Shown here piece after piece: positions 62,903 through 64,000 of a stretch of DNA of 64,000 nucleotides. The DNA lies in the NCBI GenBank assembly GCA_030390025.1, contig CM059432.1:101682001-101746000 (forward strand). The letters run 5' to 3'. This stretch comes from Squalus acanthias. Its lineage: Eukaryota. The translations under genes and the position numbers were made by a program. Within the stretch, counting starts at the first letter, position 1; every line of letters begins with the position of its first letter. The notes under the pieces were generated by a model that ran no database searches, was not told the DNA's origin, and saw only the letters and a program-made list of their open reading frames with translations.

Positions 62903-64000
62903 GGGGGCGATTTTCACACTGGAGGTGGGCTTCGGTTTGGGTGGGATCGAAACCCGCCTCCACTGATAATTTTGAAAAAATTGCGATTTTCTCCTGATTG
63001 GCCACTTGATTTCAGAGGTGTGGGTTGCTCTTGGTCAATTAGTGTTTTGGGACTGAAACTCGCCCCTGCTGACATCACTTTTCCAGCCTCATTTAAGGGC
63101 TGCTTGCTGCCTTGGATCCTTCCACTGGATTTCTGCCAATGCTGCACCACTTGCAACATATTTTGAGAAACCACTATGTCCAATTCCAAGGCAAGGGCCT
63201 CCCCAAGGTTCTCGGATGAAGCGCTGCAAATGTTGGTTAAGGGGGTGACAGCTAGCAGGGAGGTGTTCTTCCACTCATCTTGGAGGAAGAGGCCTCCTAA
63301 AGAAACCAAGGCTGTGTGGGTTCAGCTGGCAAGGGATATAACCTCCAGATCTGTGTGCAGATTGGGTGAATGTTTATGTGTATTGATGAAATGCCATCCC
63401 TGTTAGAAAGCATTAAAATGATTTGATGGGAAAATATTGACGTCATGGCATCTGTTCTTTCACCTTAGGCAGCTCCACATTGTGGGCTCTGCGACACTTG
63501 CGTTGTCAGGTTTGTGGCCAGAGTGAAAGGAGGCCAGAGAGTCATGTCCATTGTCTATGATGTCTTAAGATGGAGCCAAGGACATGTGCCAACTTGGGCA
63601 ACCTATGCAAATCTGGCCAGGATAAGTTCATCCCTTGCATCACGGGCAGCCATGTGCTCGCGTGCTGCCGCTGCTGCTGGTCGATAGACTGCTGCTCTCT
63701 CCTCCTCCTCCTCCTGCTGCTCCTCCCCCTCCTGCTCCTCCTCCTCCTCCTCCTCCTCATCCTCATCTGACAAGGGCTGGAACTGAGCCGCTTGCTCATC
63801 AAGAAGCTGCAAGCCACGACGCTGTGCGATGTTGTGCAGTGCACAGTAGACCACGACCAATCTGAAGACCCTGTATGGTGTATACTGCAAGGCTCCACCT
63901 GATTGGTCAAGGCATCAGAAGTGCATCTTCAACAACCCAATGGTTTGCTCGATGATGGACCTGGTCAAAGTGTGGCTGGCGTTGTAGTGCTCTTCAGCCT
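62903..64000 (+). mobile_element. Harbinger transposon, internally deleted, running off the window
   Basis: TIR gggggcgatttt; Myb start MSNSKARASPRFSDEALQMLV (63176); transposase C-terminus on the minus strand. Confidence 0.9.
63603..64000 (-). pseudogene. Harbinger transposase C-terminal part (premature stop near 63915)
   Basis: [34 protein letters not shown], poly-E, RDELILARFA*. Confidence 0.9.

Overview
Repeat-dominated eukaryotic DNA, very probably from a cartilaginous fish (shark or ray). That assignment is inferred from CR1 LINEs with shark-type tails, an HE1-like V-SINE, Deu-SINE pieces and an LF-SINE-like element. No intact host gene is recognisable; only two or three weak minus-strand exon candidates occur near 52.2-56.5 kb. 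The window is a stack of nested mobile elements: (1) a near-complete but mutated 4.2-kb Harbinger transposon (Myb/SANT gene plus convergent DDE transposase, TIRs, 3-bp TSD) and about 15 Harbinger derivatives or MITEs; (2) two long CR1 copies and many CR1/L2 fragments; (3) two solo-LTR-like inserts; (4) four short Penelope-type inserts carrying minimal hammerhead-ribozyme motifs; (5) a second LINE family whose endonuclease-RT ORF sits about 400 bp behind a tRNA-derived (Pol III) head, with no ORF1 and a sense strand almost free of TTTT terminators. The most interesting observations are this candidate Pol III-driven LINE, four independent insertions in the same ~55-nt stretch behind the RT FADD motif of two CR1 copies, a palindromic Harbinger target consensus, and the hammerhead motifs. 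All calls were made by eye without database searches, and boundaries of old repeats are approximate.
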